Source of the DNA: Candidatus Neoanaerotignum galli
Lineage (GTDB): Bacteria; Bacillota; Clostridia; Lachnospirales; Anaerotignaceae
NCBI GenBank assembly: GCA_904381335.1
Contig: CAJFIN010000002.1
Location: 34,147 to 98,146, forward strand
DNA: 64,000 nucleotides
Direction: 5' to 3'
The notes beneath the pieces are model-generated. The model had not been told where the DNA came from. It was given only the letters and a program-made list of their open reading frames with translations, and did no database searches. Of the stretch, positions 19,142-29,245 are shown in pieces; the first letter of the stretch is position 1, and each line of letters begins with the position of its first letter. The position numbers were made by a program, and so were the translations under genes.

Positions 19142-20074
19142 ATGTATGCAGACATCTGTCAATTACTGAATATCCAGTATCCCATCATTCAAGGGGCTAT
19201 GGCCTGGATTTCAGATTCTAGTTTGGTTTCCGCTGTATCCAATGGCGGTGGCTTAGGCGTTTTGGCTACAGGGCATCTTGATGGGGAAGGTTGCCGTGCA
19301 GAGATCCGGAGAATCCGGGAACTAACGGATAAACCGTTTGCTGTTAACATCATGTTGTTAAGCCAATTTGCTGATGACATCGCGCAAGTTGTCTGTGAGG
19401 AACATGTGCCCATCGTCACCACTGGCGCAGGCAGCCCCGGTAAGTTTATGCCTGCTTTCAAAGAAGCTGGGATTATCGTACTTCCAGTGGCGCCCTCTGT
19501 CGCTATTGCCAAACGGATGGAAAAAGACGGCGCTGATGCCGTTATCGCCGAAGGATGTGAGTCCGGCGGACATGTGGGCAAAATCACAACCATGTGCTTA
19601 GTGCCTCAGGTGGTGGATGCGCTTCATATTCCTGTCATTGCTGCTGGTGGGATTGCCGATGGCCGTGGTATGGCCGCTTGTCGGATGCTTGGTGCTTCCG
19701 GCTATCAGATTGGCACGCGGTTTTTAGTGGCGAAAGAATGTACCGTTCATCCAAACTATAAAGCCCGAGTGATCAAGGCCAAAGACATTGATACTACCAC
19801 TACCGGCCAATCCACAGGCCATCCGGTTCGCGTCATCCGCAACCGTCTGGCTCGGGAATTTGAAGCCCTGGAAAAACGGGCCGCTTCTGCAGAAGAACTC
19901 GATGCGCTGGGCCGTGGGGCATTGCGCCGGGCTGTGAAAGATGGCGACATGGACTATGGCTCTGTTATGTGCGGCCAAATTGCAGGCCTTGTCACAAAAG
20001 AACAACCTGCCAAAGAGATTCTGGAAGACTTATATCAGGATTATCTTCGGGTCATGAGCGAAACAACAAAATAA
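19142..20074 (+). CDS. fabK: Enoyl-ACP reductase II (FMN-dependent, FabK type)
   Basis: The product shows the IIQGAMAWIS...AEGCESGGHVG...AAGGIADGRG pattern, and the gene sits in the canonical position between acpP and fabD. Confidence 0.85.
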   Translation: MYADICQLLNIQYPIIQGAMAWISDSSLVSAVSNGGGLGVLATGHLDGEGCRAEIRRIRELTDKPFAVNIMLLSQFADDIAQVVCEEHVPIVTTGAGSPGKFMPAFKEAGIIVLPVAPSVAIAKRMEKDGADAVIAEGCESGGHVGKITTMCLVPQVVDALHIPVIAAGGIADGRGMAACRMLGASGYQIGTRFLVAKECTVHPNYKARVIKAKDIDTTTTGQSTGHPVRVIRNRLAREFEALEKRAASAEELDALGRGALRRAVKDGDMDYGSVMCGQIAGLVTKEQPAKEILEDLYQDYLRVMSETTK

Positions 20075-20159
20075 AGATTCTGGGGCGGAGAAACGATATA
20101 GCCATTGTGATTTGGCATATATCCTTTCTTCGTCCCCATTTTTCAAAAGGTGGTCACGC

Positions 20160-21092
20160 ATGAAAACTGCATTTCTTTTCAGCGGCCAAGGTGCGCAGTA
20201 TGTGGGTATGGGCCAGGAATTAGCCCAAAACCACCCCAGCGTGCAGGCCGTTTTTGACGCTGCCGATGCGGCATTGGGCTTTTCTATTTCGGATGTTTGC
20301 TGGAAGGAAGAAGCCAAACTGAATGAAACGGAATTCACCCAACCGGCTTTGCTGACGGTCAGCACCGCAATTTTAACTCTTTTGACGGAAGCCGGCATCC
20401 ATCCAGACTATTTGGCTGGTCTAAGTTTGGGTGAATATACAGCGCTTACCGCTGCCGGCGCCATTGGCTTTGAAGACGCTGTGCGCCTGGTGCAAAAACG
20501 CGGCCGTTTTATGACGGAAGCCGTGCCTGCCGGCCAAGGGGCAATGTATGCCATTTTGGGGCTGGAACGGGATGCGGTGCAAAAAGTTTGCAACGAACTG
20601 ACTTTATCTATGGGATATGTGGCTCCTGCCAATTATAATGCCCCTGGTCAGATTGTCATTGCAGGGCTGGCAGCCCCTACTGCCGAGGCAGCAAAACAGC
20701 TTAAAGAGGCTGGCGCAAAAATGGTGGTGCCGCTGAAAGTCAGTGGGCCCTTCCATACCGGCTTATTAAAACCAGCGGCAGAAAAATTGGAGGAAGAATT
20801 AGAAAAAATCACTTTCGGTCCTTTATCTGTGCCTGTGGTTTCTAATTTTACCGCCCTGCCTTATCCTGATAGCCAATCCATCCGGCCCACACTGATTCAG
20901 CAGGTGATGAGCCCGGTGCGGTTTGAGGATTCTTTGCGGTATCTCGCCGACCAGGGCGTAGATACATTCATTGAAATCGGACCTGGCAAAACATTGTCCG
21001 GCTTTGTAAAACGCACTGTTAAAGGGGCGCGCATTCTTCATGTTGAGGATGAAGCCTCGCTTACAAAAACGCTTTCTTCTTTGGAGGGATAA
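20160..21092 (+). CDS. fabD: Malonyl-CoA:ACP transacylase
   Basis: The product has FLFSGQGAQYVGMG and the active-site GLSLGEY. Confidence 0.92.
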   Translation: MKTAFLFSGQGAQYVGMGQELAQNHPSVQAVFDAADAALGFSISDVCWKEEAKLNETEFTQPALLTVSTAILTLLTEAGIHPDYLAGLSLGEYTALTAAGAIGFEDAVRLVQKRGRFMTEAVPAGQGAMYAILGLERDAVQKVCNELTLSMGYVAPANYNAPGQIVIAGLAAPTAEAAKQLKEAGAKMVVPLKVSGPFHTGLLKPAAEKLEEELEKITFGPLSVPVVSNFTALPYPDSQSIRPTLIQQVMSPVRFEDSLRYLADQGVDTFIEIGPGKTLSGFVKRTVKGARILHVEDEASLTKTLSSLEG

Positions 21093-21096
21093 GCCT

Positions 21097-21828
21097 ATGT
21101 TACAAGGAAAAACTGTAATCGTGACCGGCGCCGCCAAAGGCATCGGCCAAGCCATTGCATTGGCTTTTGCCAAAGAGGGCGCAAATCTGGTCGTTAACTA
21201 TCGTCATACACCAGCCGAAGAAACAGCCGAAGCCATCAAACAAGCAGGCGCTTCTTGCTTCATGGTGCAGGCGGACGTCAGCGACTTCAGCCAGGCGGAA
21301 CATCTCATCAAAGAAGCCAAGGCCCACTTTGGCAGTGTCGATGTGCTGATTAATAACGCCGGCATCACCAGAGATGGCCTCTTGATGCGCATGAAAGAAG
21401 AGGATTTTGACGCCGTTATCACCAATAATCTAAAAAGTACTTTTAATACCATCCGCCATGCCAGTCCTATCATGCTAAAGCAAAGAAGCGGCGCGATCAT
21501 TAATATCAGCTCCGTGACCGCCTTGATCGGAAACGCTGGCCAGGCTAACTATGCCGCCAGCAAAGCCGGTATCTTGGGCTTAACTTTTGCCACTGCTCGG
21601 GAGTTGGCGCCACGCGGTGTTACTTGTAATGCCATCGCACCTGGTTTTATCCAAACCGATATGACAGATGTATTAAAAGATGAAATCAAAGAATCGATTC
21701 TTGCAGCCATCCCTCTGCACCGGTTCGGCACAGGGGAAGATGTGGCAAAGGCTGCATTGTTTTTAGCAGAAAACACCTACCTCACCGGCCAAGTCATTCG
21801 GGTAGACGGCGGTATGGTGATGCAATAA
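21097..21828 (+). CDS. fabG: 3-oxoacyl-ACP reductase
   Basis: This is an SDR with TGAAKGIG, NNAG and the YAASKAG catalytic motif. Confidence 0.92.
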   Translation: MLQGKTVIVTGAAKGIGQAIALAFAKEGANLVVNYRHTPAEETAEAIKQAGASCFMVQADVSDFSQAEHLIKEAKAHFGSVDVLINNAGITRDGLLMRMKEEDFDAVITNNLKSTFNTIRHASPIMLKQRSGAIINISSVTALIGNAGQANYAASKAGILGLTFATARELAPRGVTCNAIAPGFIQTDMTDVLKDEIKESILAAIPLHRFGTGEDVAKAALFLAENTYLTGQVIRVDGGMVMQ

Positions 21829-21846
21829 GAAGGGAGGGAACCAAGG

Positions 21847-23082
21847 ATGAAACGTTGTGTAATCACTGGCATGGGCGCCATCACCCCCATTGGCAATGAT
21901 GCCCCTACTTTTTGGGAAAACCTGAAAAAGGGCGTCTGCGGGATTGACTACATCAAAAAATTTGACGCCTCAGACTCCCGTATCAAAGTAGATGCTGAGA
22001 TTAAAGATTTCGATCCAGAAAAATATGTCCCCAGAAAAGAACTCAAGCGCAATGATATGTTTGCCATTTATGGTGTATGCGCCGCTTGCCAAGCGTATGA
22101 AATGAGCGGTTTGACGCCAGAAACCATTGATCCTTACCGGTTTGGCGTTATTGTCAGCAGCGGTATCGGCGGCCTGTGCACCATGGAAGAACAGATTCAA
22201 AAACTGATGGAAAAAGGACCTTCAAAAGTCTCTCCGCTTTTCGTTCCCATGTCCATCGGCAATATGGCCGCCGGCAATATTGCCATTCGAATGGGTGCCA
22301 AGGGTCTTTGCATTTCTGTGGTAACAGCTTGTGCCACTGGTACGAACTCCATTGGCGAAGCTTTTCACCAAATCAAGCTGGGGAAACTGGATGCCTGCTT
22401 GGCTGGTGGCACCGAAAATGCCATTTCTCGTATTGCCGTGGCAGGATTTGCCAATCTGACGGCCCTGACCACAGCAGAAGACCCGAAACGGGCCTGCATT
22501 CCTTTTGATAAAGACCGGAAAGGGTTTGTCATCGCCGATGGGGCTGGCGTATTGATGCTGGAAGAACTGGAGCATGCCAAAGCCCGCGGCGCAAAAATCT
22601 ATGGCGAAATCGTTGGCTATGGCACCACCTGTGATGCCTATCATATCACTGCGCCTACCCCCGATGGGGAAGGTGCGGCTCGGGCAATGCAGCTGGCCAT
22701 GGAAGAAGCTGGCATTACCCCGGACCAGGTGTCCTATATCAACGCCCATGGCACTGGCACTCCTGCCAATGATGTGGCTGAAACAAAAGCAATCAAAACG
22801 GCACTGGGCGAAGCTGCCTATCATGTGCCTATCTCCTCCACCAAGTCCATGACTGGTCATCTGTTAGGCGGCGCTGGCGGTGTAGAAGCAGTAGCCTGTG
22901 CCTACGCCGTAACCGAAGACTTTATCCCACCTACCATCGGCCTGGAGCATCCGGATGAGCAATGTGATCTGGACTATGTGCCAAAGGTGGGACGAAACGT
23001 CCGAGTGGAATATGCGTTAAGTAATTCCTTGGGCTTTGGCGGCCATAATGCCGTTCTTTGCTTTAAGAAATGGGAGGAATAA
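21847..23082 (+). CDS. fabF: Beta-ketoacyl-ACP synthase II
   Basis: The product has the active-site ACATG, the His motifs HGTGT and GHLLGGAG, and the C-terminal FGFGGHN. Confidence 0.93.
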   Translation: MKRCVITGMGAITPIGNDAPTFWENLKKGVCGIDYIKKFDASDSRIKVDAEIKDFDPEKYVPRKELKRNDMFAIYGVCAACQAYEMSGLTPETIDPYRFGVIVSSGIGGLCTMEEQIQKLMEKGPSKVSPLFVPMSIGNMAAGNIAIRMGAKGLCISVVTACATGTNSIGEAFHQIKLGKLDACLAGGTENAISRIAVAGFANLTALTTAEDPKRACIPFDKDRKGFVIADGAGVLMLEELEHAKARGAKIYGEIVGYGTTCDAYHITAPTPDGEGAARAMQLAMEEAGITPDQVSYINAHGTGTPANDVAETKAIKTALGEAAYHVPISSTKSMTGHLLGGAGGVEAVACAYAVTEDFIPPTIGLEHPDEQCDLDYVPKVGRNVRVEYALSNSLGFGGHNAVLCFKKWEE

Positions 23083-23086
23083 ACCT

Positions 23087-23557
23087 ATGGAATTTCAAGA
23101 GATCAAAGAACTGATCCGTTTAATCGATCAGTCTAGCCTGCGCAGCTTTTCCTTGAGCGATCAGGGCGCAGTGATCCAAATGAGTAAAAATGAGGGTGCT
23201 CTGCCTGCCCAAAGTGCTGCGCCCATGGCTGCGGCAGCTGCCAGTCCAGCAGAGGCCATCTCTTTCAGCGCACCTTCTCCTGCTGGCGAAGCGCCCAGTA
23301 TCAAAGAAGTGGACCCTGTAAATGGCAACACCATCACCGCCCCTTTGGTGGGCACCTTCTATGCCAGCGCTGCGCCGGATAAACCGCCGTTTGTGACTGT
23401 GGGCAGTCAGGTGAAAGAGGGCGATGTCGTTTGTATCATCGAGGCTATGAAGGTGATGAATGAAGTCATCAGCCCTTATAACGGAACGGTGCAGAAAATT
23501 CTTGTGGAAAATGAAGAAGTGGTAGGCTATGGCCAACCCCTCTTTTTGATCAGATAA
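23087..23557 (+). CDS. accB: Acetyl-CoA carboxylase biotin carboxyl carrier protein
   Basis: An Ala/Pro-rich linker precedes the biotinyl-lysine motif EAMKVMNEV. Confidence 0.9.
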   Translation: MEFQEIKELIRLIDQSSLRSFSLSDQGAVIQMSKNEGALPAQSAAPMAAAAASPAEAISFSAPSPAGEAPSIKEVDPVNGNTITAPLVGTFYASAAPDKPPFVTVGSQVKEGDVVCIIEAMKVMNEVISPYNGTVQKILVENEEVVGYGQPLFLIR

Positions 23558-23578
23558 TCCAACGATAAGGAGGCGCGC

Positions 23579-24007
23579 TTGCAAATGTACGACATCAATG
23601 AGATCATGGCCGTTCTCCCCCACCGTTATCCCTTCCTGCTCATTGACCGGGTGGAAGAAGTGATCCCTGGGGAGAAGGTAGTGGCCATCAAAAATGTCAC
23701 CATCAATGAGCCCTTTTTCCAGGGCCATTTTCCTGGCCATCCGGTGATGCCTGGTGTGCTGATCGTGGAAGCGATGGCCCAGGCCGGCGCTTTTGCCGTG
23801 CTCAGCCAAGAGGAGTTCAAAGGCAAACTCGCCTTCCTTGGGGCCGTAGATAAGGCCAAATTCCGCCGCCAGGTGGTGCCCGGAGATGAGCTGCGTCTGG
23901 AAGTGGAAATCATAAAACTAAAACGAAATGCCGGTATTGGCAAAGGCACCGCCTATGTAGGAGATAAAAAAGCCTGTGAGGCGGAGATCACCTTCATCAT
24001 CGGCTGA
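23579..24007 (+). CDS. fabZ: 3-hydroxyacyl-ACP dehydratase
   Basis: The product has [13 protein letters not shown] and [12 protein letters not shown]. The start is TTG at 23579 or ATG at 23585. Confidence 0.92.
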   Translation: MQMYDINEIMAVLPHRYPFLLIDRVEEVIPGEKVVAIKNVTINEPFFQGHFPGHPVMPGVLIVEAMAQAGAFAVLSQEEFKGKLAFLGAVDKAKFRRQVVPGDELRLEVEIIKLKRNAGIGKGTAYVGDKKACEAEITFIIG

Positions 24008-24021
24008 TTGGAGTGGAATTT

Positions 24022-25386
24022 ATGTTTTCTAAAATTTTGATTGCAAACCGGGGTGAAATTGCTGTACGCATCATCCGCGCTTGCCGTGAAATGGGCATCG
24101 AAACAGTGGCTGTTTATTCCGATGTGGATCAGGAATGTCTGCACGCCCAGCTGGCTGATGAGGCCATTTGTATCGGTCCCGCCAAAAGCAGCGAAAGCTA
24201 TCTGAATATGCAAAACATCCTCTCCGCCGCTGTAGCCACCGGCGCCCAGGCCATCCATCCTGGGTTTGGCTTTTTGGCTGAAAATAGCACCTTCGCTTCT
24301 ATGTGTGAGGAATGTAATATCCGTTTTATCGGCCCAAAGGCTACTGTGATTGATGCCATGGGCAATAAGGCCAATGCCCGCGCCCTGATGACTGCTGCTG
24401 GTGTGCCCGTCATCCCTGGCAGCTCCGGCGTACTCAATACCCTGGAAGACGCCAAAAATGAAGCACGCCGGTTGGGTTATCCCGTTATGGTTAAGGCTTC
24501 TGCTGGCGGCGGCGGCAAAGGGATCCGGGTCGTACGAAATGAAGAGGCCCTGGAAAAAGCCTATGCCGCAGCCAAAAGTGAAACAAAGGCCGCTTTTGGC
24601 GATGACAGCCTTTATATGGAGAAACTGATCGAACATGCCCGTCATATTGAAATCCAAATTTTGGGGGACAGCTTCGGTAATGTGGTTCATTTGGGAGAAC
24701 GGGATTGCTCTTTGCAGCGCCGTAACCAAAAGGTGTTGGAAGAATGCCCCTCCCCCGCTTTGGATGAGGCTACCCGAAAGGCCATGGGTGAAGCCGCTGT
24801 GCGAGCTGCCAAGGCCGTTGGCTATGAAAGTGCCGGCACCATTGAATTTTTATATGACCGCCAAGGCAAGTTTTATTTCATGGAAATGAACACCCGCATC
24901 CAGGTGGAGCATCCTGTGACAGAAATGGTAACCGGCATCGATATTGTCAAAGAGCAGATTCGTATTGCAGAAGGCAATCCTCTGCCCTTTGCCCAGGAAG
25001 ATATCCATCTGCGGGGCCACGCCATCGAATGTCGTATCAATGCGGAGGATCCCGACCGGAACTTTGCCCCCTGTCCTGGCACCATCGATTATCTTCTGGT
25101 GCCTGGCGGATGTTTGGGCGTGCGTATTGACAGCGCTATCTATCCTGGCTATACCATTCCATCTTTCTATGATTCGATGATTGCCAAAGTCATTACTTAT
25201 GGCAACACACGCAAGGAAGCCATCGAAAAAATGCGCCGTTGTCTGTATGAATTTGTTATTTCCGGTATCCAAACCAATATTGAATTTCAAGAGCGTATTT
25301 TGACCAATGCGCAGTATCAAAAAGGTATCTTTGACACCGACTTTCTCTCCGGCGTTATCTTAAAAGAATCCAAAGGTTCCCTCTGA
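24022..25386 (+). CDS. accC: Acetyl-CoA carboxylase biotin carboxylase subunit
   Basis: The N-terminus reads KILIANRGEIAVRIIRA, ATP-grasp motifs are present, and EMNTRIQVEHPVTE matches the family. Confidence 0.93.
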   Translation: MFSKILIANRGEIAVRIIRACREMGIETVAVYSDVDQECLHAQLADEAICIGPAKSSESYLNMQNILSAAVATGAQAIHPGFGFLAENSTFASMCEECNIRFIGPKATVIDAMGNKANARALMTAAGVPVIPGSSGVLNTLEDAKNEARRLGYPVMVKASAGGGGKGIRVVRNEEALEKAYAAAKSETKAAFGDDSLYMEKLIEHARHIEIQILGDSFGNVVHLGERDCSLQRRNQKVLEECPSPALDEATRKAMGEAAVRAAKAVGYESAGTIEFLYDRQGKFYFMEMNTRIQVEHPVTEMVTGIDIVKEQIRIAEGNPLPFAQEDIHLRGHAIECRINAEDPDRNFAPCPGTIDYLLVPGGCLGVRIDSAIYPGYTIPSFYDSMIAKVITYGNTRKEAIEKMRRCLYEFVISGIQTNIEFQERILTNAQYQKGIFDTDFLSGVILKESKGSL

Positions 25387-25433
25387 GGCACAGCCCTCGG
25401 ATAAAATCCATTGTTTGAAAAAGAGGTTGTTCC

Positions 25434-26318
25434 ATGAATCTATTTAAGAAGAAAAATTACATCATCCTAGACCGCCGGGCGGAATCTCCTCAAGCCCAGA
25501 CTCCTGATCGGGACGCTCCTGCTGTTCCAGACGGCATGTGGGTCAAATGCAGCCATTGCAAAAAACTGATCTATAAAAAAGAAATGGGGCCCTATCATAT
25601 CTGCCCCAACTGTGGAGGTCATTTTCGGTTAGGCGCTCGCGAACGCATCGCCTTGATCGCTGATGAAGGCACTTTTGAAGAGATGGATGCCTCCCTGCGG
25701 GCGAAAAACCCCATGGGTTATCCCAACTATGATAAGATCATTGCAAAAGCGCAGCAGAAAAGCGGCTTAATCGATGGCGTTGTCAGCGGCACTTGTCAAA
25801 TTGGCACCATTCCCATTGTCCTTGCCGTGATGGATGGAAATTTTATGATGGGTTCCATGGGTTCCGTTGTGGGAGAAAAGATCACCCGTGCCATTGAATT
25901 TGCGACTTCGCATCGCCTGCCTTTAGTGATTTTTACCGTCAGCGGCGGCGCCAGGATGCAAGAAGGGATCATTTCTTTGATGCAAATGGCAAAAACCTCT
26001 GCCGCATTAAGCCGTCATTCTCAAGCCGGTCTTCTCTATATCTCTGTGATCACCGATCCCACCACCGGCGGCGTTAGCGCCAGCTTTGCCAGCCTTGGGG
26101 ATATTATTTTAGCTGAGCCAGGCGCTTTGATGGGCTTTGCCGGACAGCGTGTGATTGAGGGGACCATTAACGAAAAACTGCCCGAAGGCTTTCAACGGGC
26201 AGAATTCCAGCTGGAGCACGGGTTTGTGGATAAAATCGTACCTCGGCCGGAACTGAAGGATACCTTGGTGCGCCTGTTGCGGCTGCATCAGCCAGAGGAG
26301 GTGGCAGAACATGAATAA
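25434..26318 (+). CDS. accD: Acetyl-CoA carboxylase carboxyltransferase beta subunit
   Basis: An N-terminal Zn ribbon (CSHC...CPNC) is followed by the carboxyltransferase domain. Confidence 0.92.
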   Translation: MNLFKKKNYIILDRRAESPQAQTPDRDAPAVPDGMWVKCSHCKKLIYKKEMGPYHICPNCGGHFRLGARERIALIADEGTFEEMDASLRAKNPMGYPNYDKIIAKAQQKSGLIDGVVSGTCQIGTIPIVLAVMDGNFMMGSMGSVVGEKITRAIEFATSHRLPLVIFTVSGGARMQEGIISLMQMAKTSAALSRHSQAGLLYISVITDPTTGGVSASFASLGDIILAEPGALMGFAGQRVIEGTINEKLPEGFQRAEFQLEHGFVDKIVPRPELKDTLVRLLRLHQPEEVAEHE

Positions 26319-27126
26319 AGCGGCAGAAGTTTTGGCGGCCAGCCGAAAAGTCAGTCGCCCCACCACACTGGAATTTATCGACCGGCTTTGTGAAGAATTT
26401 ATAGAACTGCATGGCGACCGTTATTTTGCGGACGATCCGGCTATGGTGGGTGGTATCGGGCGGTTCTGCGGCCGTCCTGTCACACTGATCGGTGTACAAA
26501 AAGGCCATACGACCGAAGAAAATATCCGCCGCAATTTCGGTTCCCCGAATCCTGAAGGTTATCGCAAACAACTGCGGCTGATGAAGCAAGCGGAAAAATT
26601 CCACCGGCCCGTGATCACTTTTATCAATACTTCCGGCGCCTACTGTGGCATTGGTGCAGAAGAACGGGGCCAGGGGGAAGCCATTGCTCGATGCCTGTTT
26701 GAAACGGCCACGTTAAAAACGCCCGTCATCAGCATTTTCATTGGTGAAGGCGGCAGTGGCGGTGCATTAGCTTTGGCCTGCGGCGATCGGGTTTGGATGC
26801 TGCAAAACGGTATGTATGCCGTACTTTCTCCCGAAGGATTTGCCAGCATTCTTTGGCGCAGCCCTACACGGGCGGCAGAAGCGGCGGAATTGATGAAAAT
26901 CACCGCTCCTGATCTGCTAAAAAATGGCGTGATCGAAAAGCTCATCCCAGAACCACGGGAAGGATTAGATCGGAATTTGGATTTTACCACCAATATTCTA
27001 AAAGAGGAACTGAAAAAAGAACTGGATATCCTCTGTGCCATGGATCCAGATCAACTGTTGGAGGAGCGATATGCCCGTTTCCGAAAATATGGCGATTTTC
27101 AAGAGGATGAATCAGAAAAGATATAA
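26311..27126 (+). CDS. accA: Acetyl-CoA carboxylase carboxyltransferase alpha subunit
   Basis: The product has [23 protein letters not shown] and [10 protein letters not shown]. It overlaps the accD end by 8 nt. Confidence 0.92.
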   Translation: MNKAAEVLAASRKVSRPTTLEFIDRLCEEFIELHGDRYFADDPAMVGGIGRFCGRPVTLIGVQKGHTTEENIRRNFGSPNPEGYRKQLRLMKQAEKFHRPVITFINTSGAYCGIGAEERGQGEAIARCLFETATLKTPVISIFIGEGGSGGALALACGDRVWMLQNGMYAVLSPEGFASILWRSPTRAAEAAELMKITAPDLLKNGVIEKLIPEPREGLDRNLDFTTNILKEELKKELDILCAMDPDQLLEERYARFRKYGDFQEDESEKI

Positions 27127-27128
27127 AT

Positions 27129-27160
27129 GAAGAGGCCTTCGTGCCTCTTTCCTTTTCTCA
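27129..27160 (+). terminator. Hairpin after accA
   Basis: The stem AAGAGGC-CTTCGT-GCCTCTT is followed by a T-rich tract. Confidence 0.5.
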
Positions 27161-27367
27161 AAAATAGACCGAATTGTCTCTGTAATACAATAAAAATAGC
27201 GAAAATCTGACGTAAAACTTCTTTTCGCTGATTATTCACTTCAAAACATTCTGATTCTAGCCTGTTCATAAGTCAAATTCCCTGTTTCTCCCCATCAATT
27301 CATTTGTCTGTCCACTCTGCTTCCCGTATAATAAAAGAGCATCCCAAAGGATTGATAGGAGGACACC

Positions 27368-29245
27368 ATGGCGAAACCGAAATCCATTCAAAGCCGTATC
27401 ACTTGGATTAATATTAGCCTAGTCGCCATTATTGGCATCCTAGGCCTATTTTCATTGTTCAGCTTACAAAATCTCCGACAAGCTCTAGTCAATCTGATTT
27501 CTACAAACTATAACAGCATTGAGCGTCTAGCTGTTATGGAATCCTGCCTTAAAGAGCAACGTCAAGACATCTTACTTCTGCTATATCACAGTGAAAACGC
27601 CGAAGCTCAGACCGATTTTCAAACCCAGTGCAATACCTTTGCTTCTGCCTGGCAGGCCGAATATGATACCATTGTTTTGCCGCAGGAAATGGAAATGATC
27701 CTTGAAATCAATACCTCTTATGAGGATTTTTGCCATACCTTAGATTTGATGCACCAAAATCAGACCACTTTGGCTCTCCTCCAAGATCAAAAGACATTTT
27801 ATCAAGATACGGTGTTGCCTTCTTATAAAAAGGTGCTTCAAGCCATCGAGCAGCTGCGTTCTTCCAATGAAACAGCTCTTTTTGGCCGCCAAGATGAAGC
27901 CAGCGCCATTGTTCACCGTGCCATTTTCATGCTCTGTTTCTTGTTTTTGCTGGCAGCAGTGATTGCTTTTATTTTCTTTCGCAGCGCTACCCAAAAACTT
28001 TTTCGTCCTATTTACGAAATTACCCAAAACCTCCGTTCTATGCGTCAGGGCAGTCTGAATCAAAAAGCCACCGTGCATAACACCGATGAAATCGGTATGC
28101 TATGCAGTGAGTTTAACCAGATGACCCAGCGCTTGAGCGCCTTTGAACAGAGCACTTTAGGTTCGTTGATGGAAGAGCGCAATAAAACCTACTATATCGT
28201 CCGTGCCATTACCGACCCGCTGCTGATCTTAGATCACGACTATCATGTAACGCTGATCAACCGCTCTTTTGAAGCCCTTTTTTCTACCACAAAAAAGGAA
28301 GCTCAGGGCCGCCATTTTTTAGAGCTTCTCTCTGGCCCAAGATTTTCCTCCTTCTCTCAGATTCATTATCAATCCAACCAAACCTGGAAAAAAATATTAG
28401 AGGTATCTGGCCCAAATCAATCGCAATTTTTTCATGTCACCGTAACGCCTGTTTTCACCCCTGCCGGAGAAAAATCTTTTGTCATTTTGGCTTTTCGGGA
28501 TGTCACAGAGTCTCAGCACCTGGAAAAATTGCGTACCGATTTTATTGCCACCATCTCTCATGAATTTAAAACGCCCCTTACCTCTATACTCATGGGGGCA
28601 GGGCTGCTAGAAAATCCAAAAATCGGCCCTGTCAATGCAGAGCAGAAAAAAATCCTGGCTACCATGCGGGAAGACGGAGAACAGCTCAACGATCTCGTGG
28701 GATCTTTGCTGACCCTCTCCCGTATGGAATCCAGCCAGGTACTCTATCAGTTTTCTTCTATTTCCCTGGACGACTGTATTCAAAAATGTGTCCATGCCTT
28801 CCTGCCTCGGGCCCAACGGGCAGGAGTACAGTTAAAAACAGAGCTTTTCCCCCACCTTTCTCCGGTATGGGCCGATGGGGAAAAAATCCTTTGGGTATTG
28901 AATAATTTGCTTTCAAATGCATTAAAATACACGGGCGAAGAAGATAAGATCCGCATCCAAACCTGCCCTGGCGAAGGAGATGTGGCGCTAGTGCTGGTGG
29001 AAGACACAGGCCCCGGTATTCCGCCGGAATTTCAAACAAAGATATTTGAAAAATATGTTCAGGTGCCCGGCTGCGACCTGGAGGCCCGTGGCACAGGCCT
29101 TGGCCTGGCAGTGGCAAAAGAGATCATCTCTGCCCATCACGGCCGCATCTGGTGTGAAAGCGGCTTGTCCAGCGGCAGCCGATTCTACTTTACCTTGCCC
29201 TTTGCCAATGAAGGAGGAACTCATGAAACGAGCACTGATTATTGA
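27368..29245 (+). CDS. Sensor histidine kinase (TM-bounded helical sensor, HAMP, PAS, HisKA, HATPase)
   Basis: Two TM segments bracket an approximately 150-aa helical extracytoplasmic region. HAMP and PAS-like segments follow, then the H-box SHEFKTPLTSI and the N/G boxes NLLSNALKY, DTGPGI and GTGLGLAVA. Confidence 0.85.
   Translation: MAKPKSIQSRITWINISLVAIIGILGLFSLFSLQNLRQALVNLISTNYNSIERLAVMESCLKEQRQDILLLLYHSENAEAQTDFQTQCNTFASAWQAEYDTIVLPQEMEMILEINTSYEDFCHTLDLMHQNQTTLALLQDQKTFYQDTVLPSYKKVLQAIEQLRSSNETALFGRQDEASAIVHRAIFMLCFLFLLAAVIAFIFFRSATQKLFRPIYEITQNLRSMRQGSLNQKATVHNTDEIGMLCSEFNQMTQRLSAFEQSTLGSLMEERNKTYYIVRAITDPLLILDHDYHVTLINRSFEALFSTTKKEAQGRHFLELLSGPRFSSFSQIHYQSNQTWKKILEVSGPNQSQFFHVTVTPVFTPAGEKSFVILAFRDVTESQHLEKLRTDFIATISHEFKTPLTSILMGAGLLENPKIGPVNAEQKKILATMREDGEQLNDLVGSLLTLSRMESSQVLYQFSSISLDDCIQKCVHAFLPRAQRAGVQLKTELFPHLSPVWADGEKILWVLNNLLSNALKYTGEEDKIRIQTCPGEGDVALVLVEDTGPGIPPEFQTKIFEKYVQVPGCDLEARGTGLGLAVAKEIISAHHGRIWCESGLSSGSRFYFTLPFANEGGTHETSTDY

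Noticed and set aside
23953-24729. 258-aa ORF on the minus strand
   Set aside because: It lies entirely antisense to accC, whose product has unmistakable biotin carboxylase motifs. It has no RBS and its translation is low-complexity and Gly/Ala-rich. It is a typical shadow ORF.
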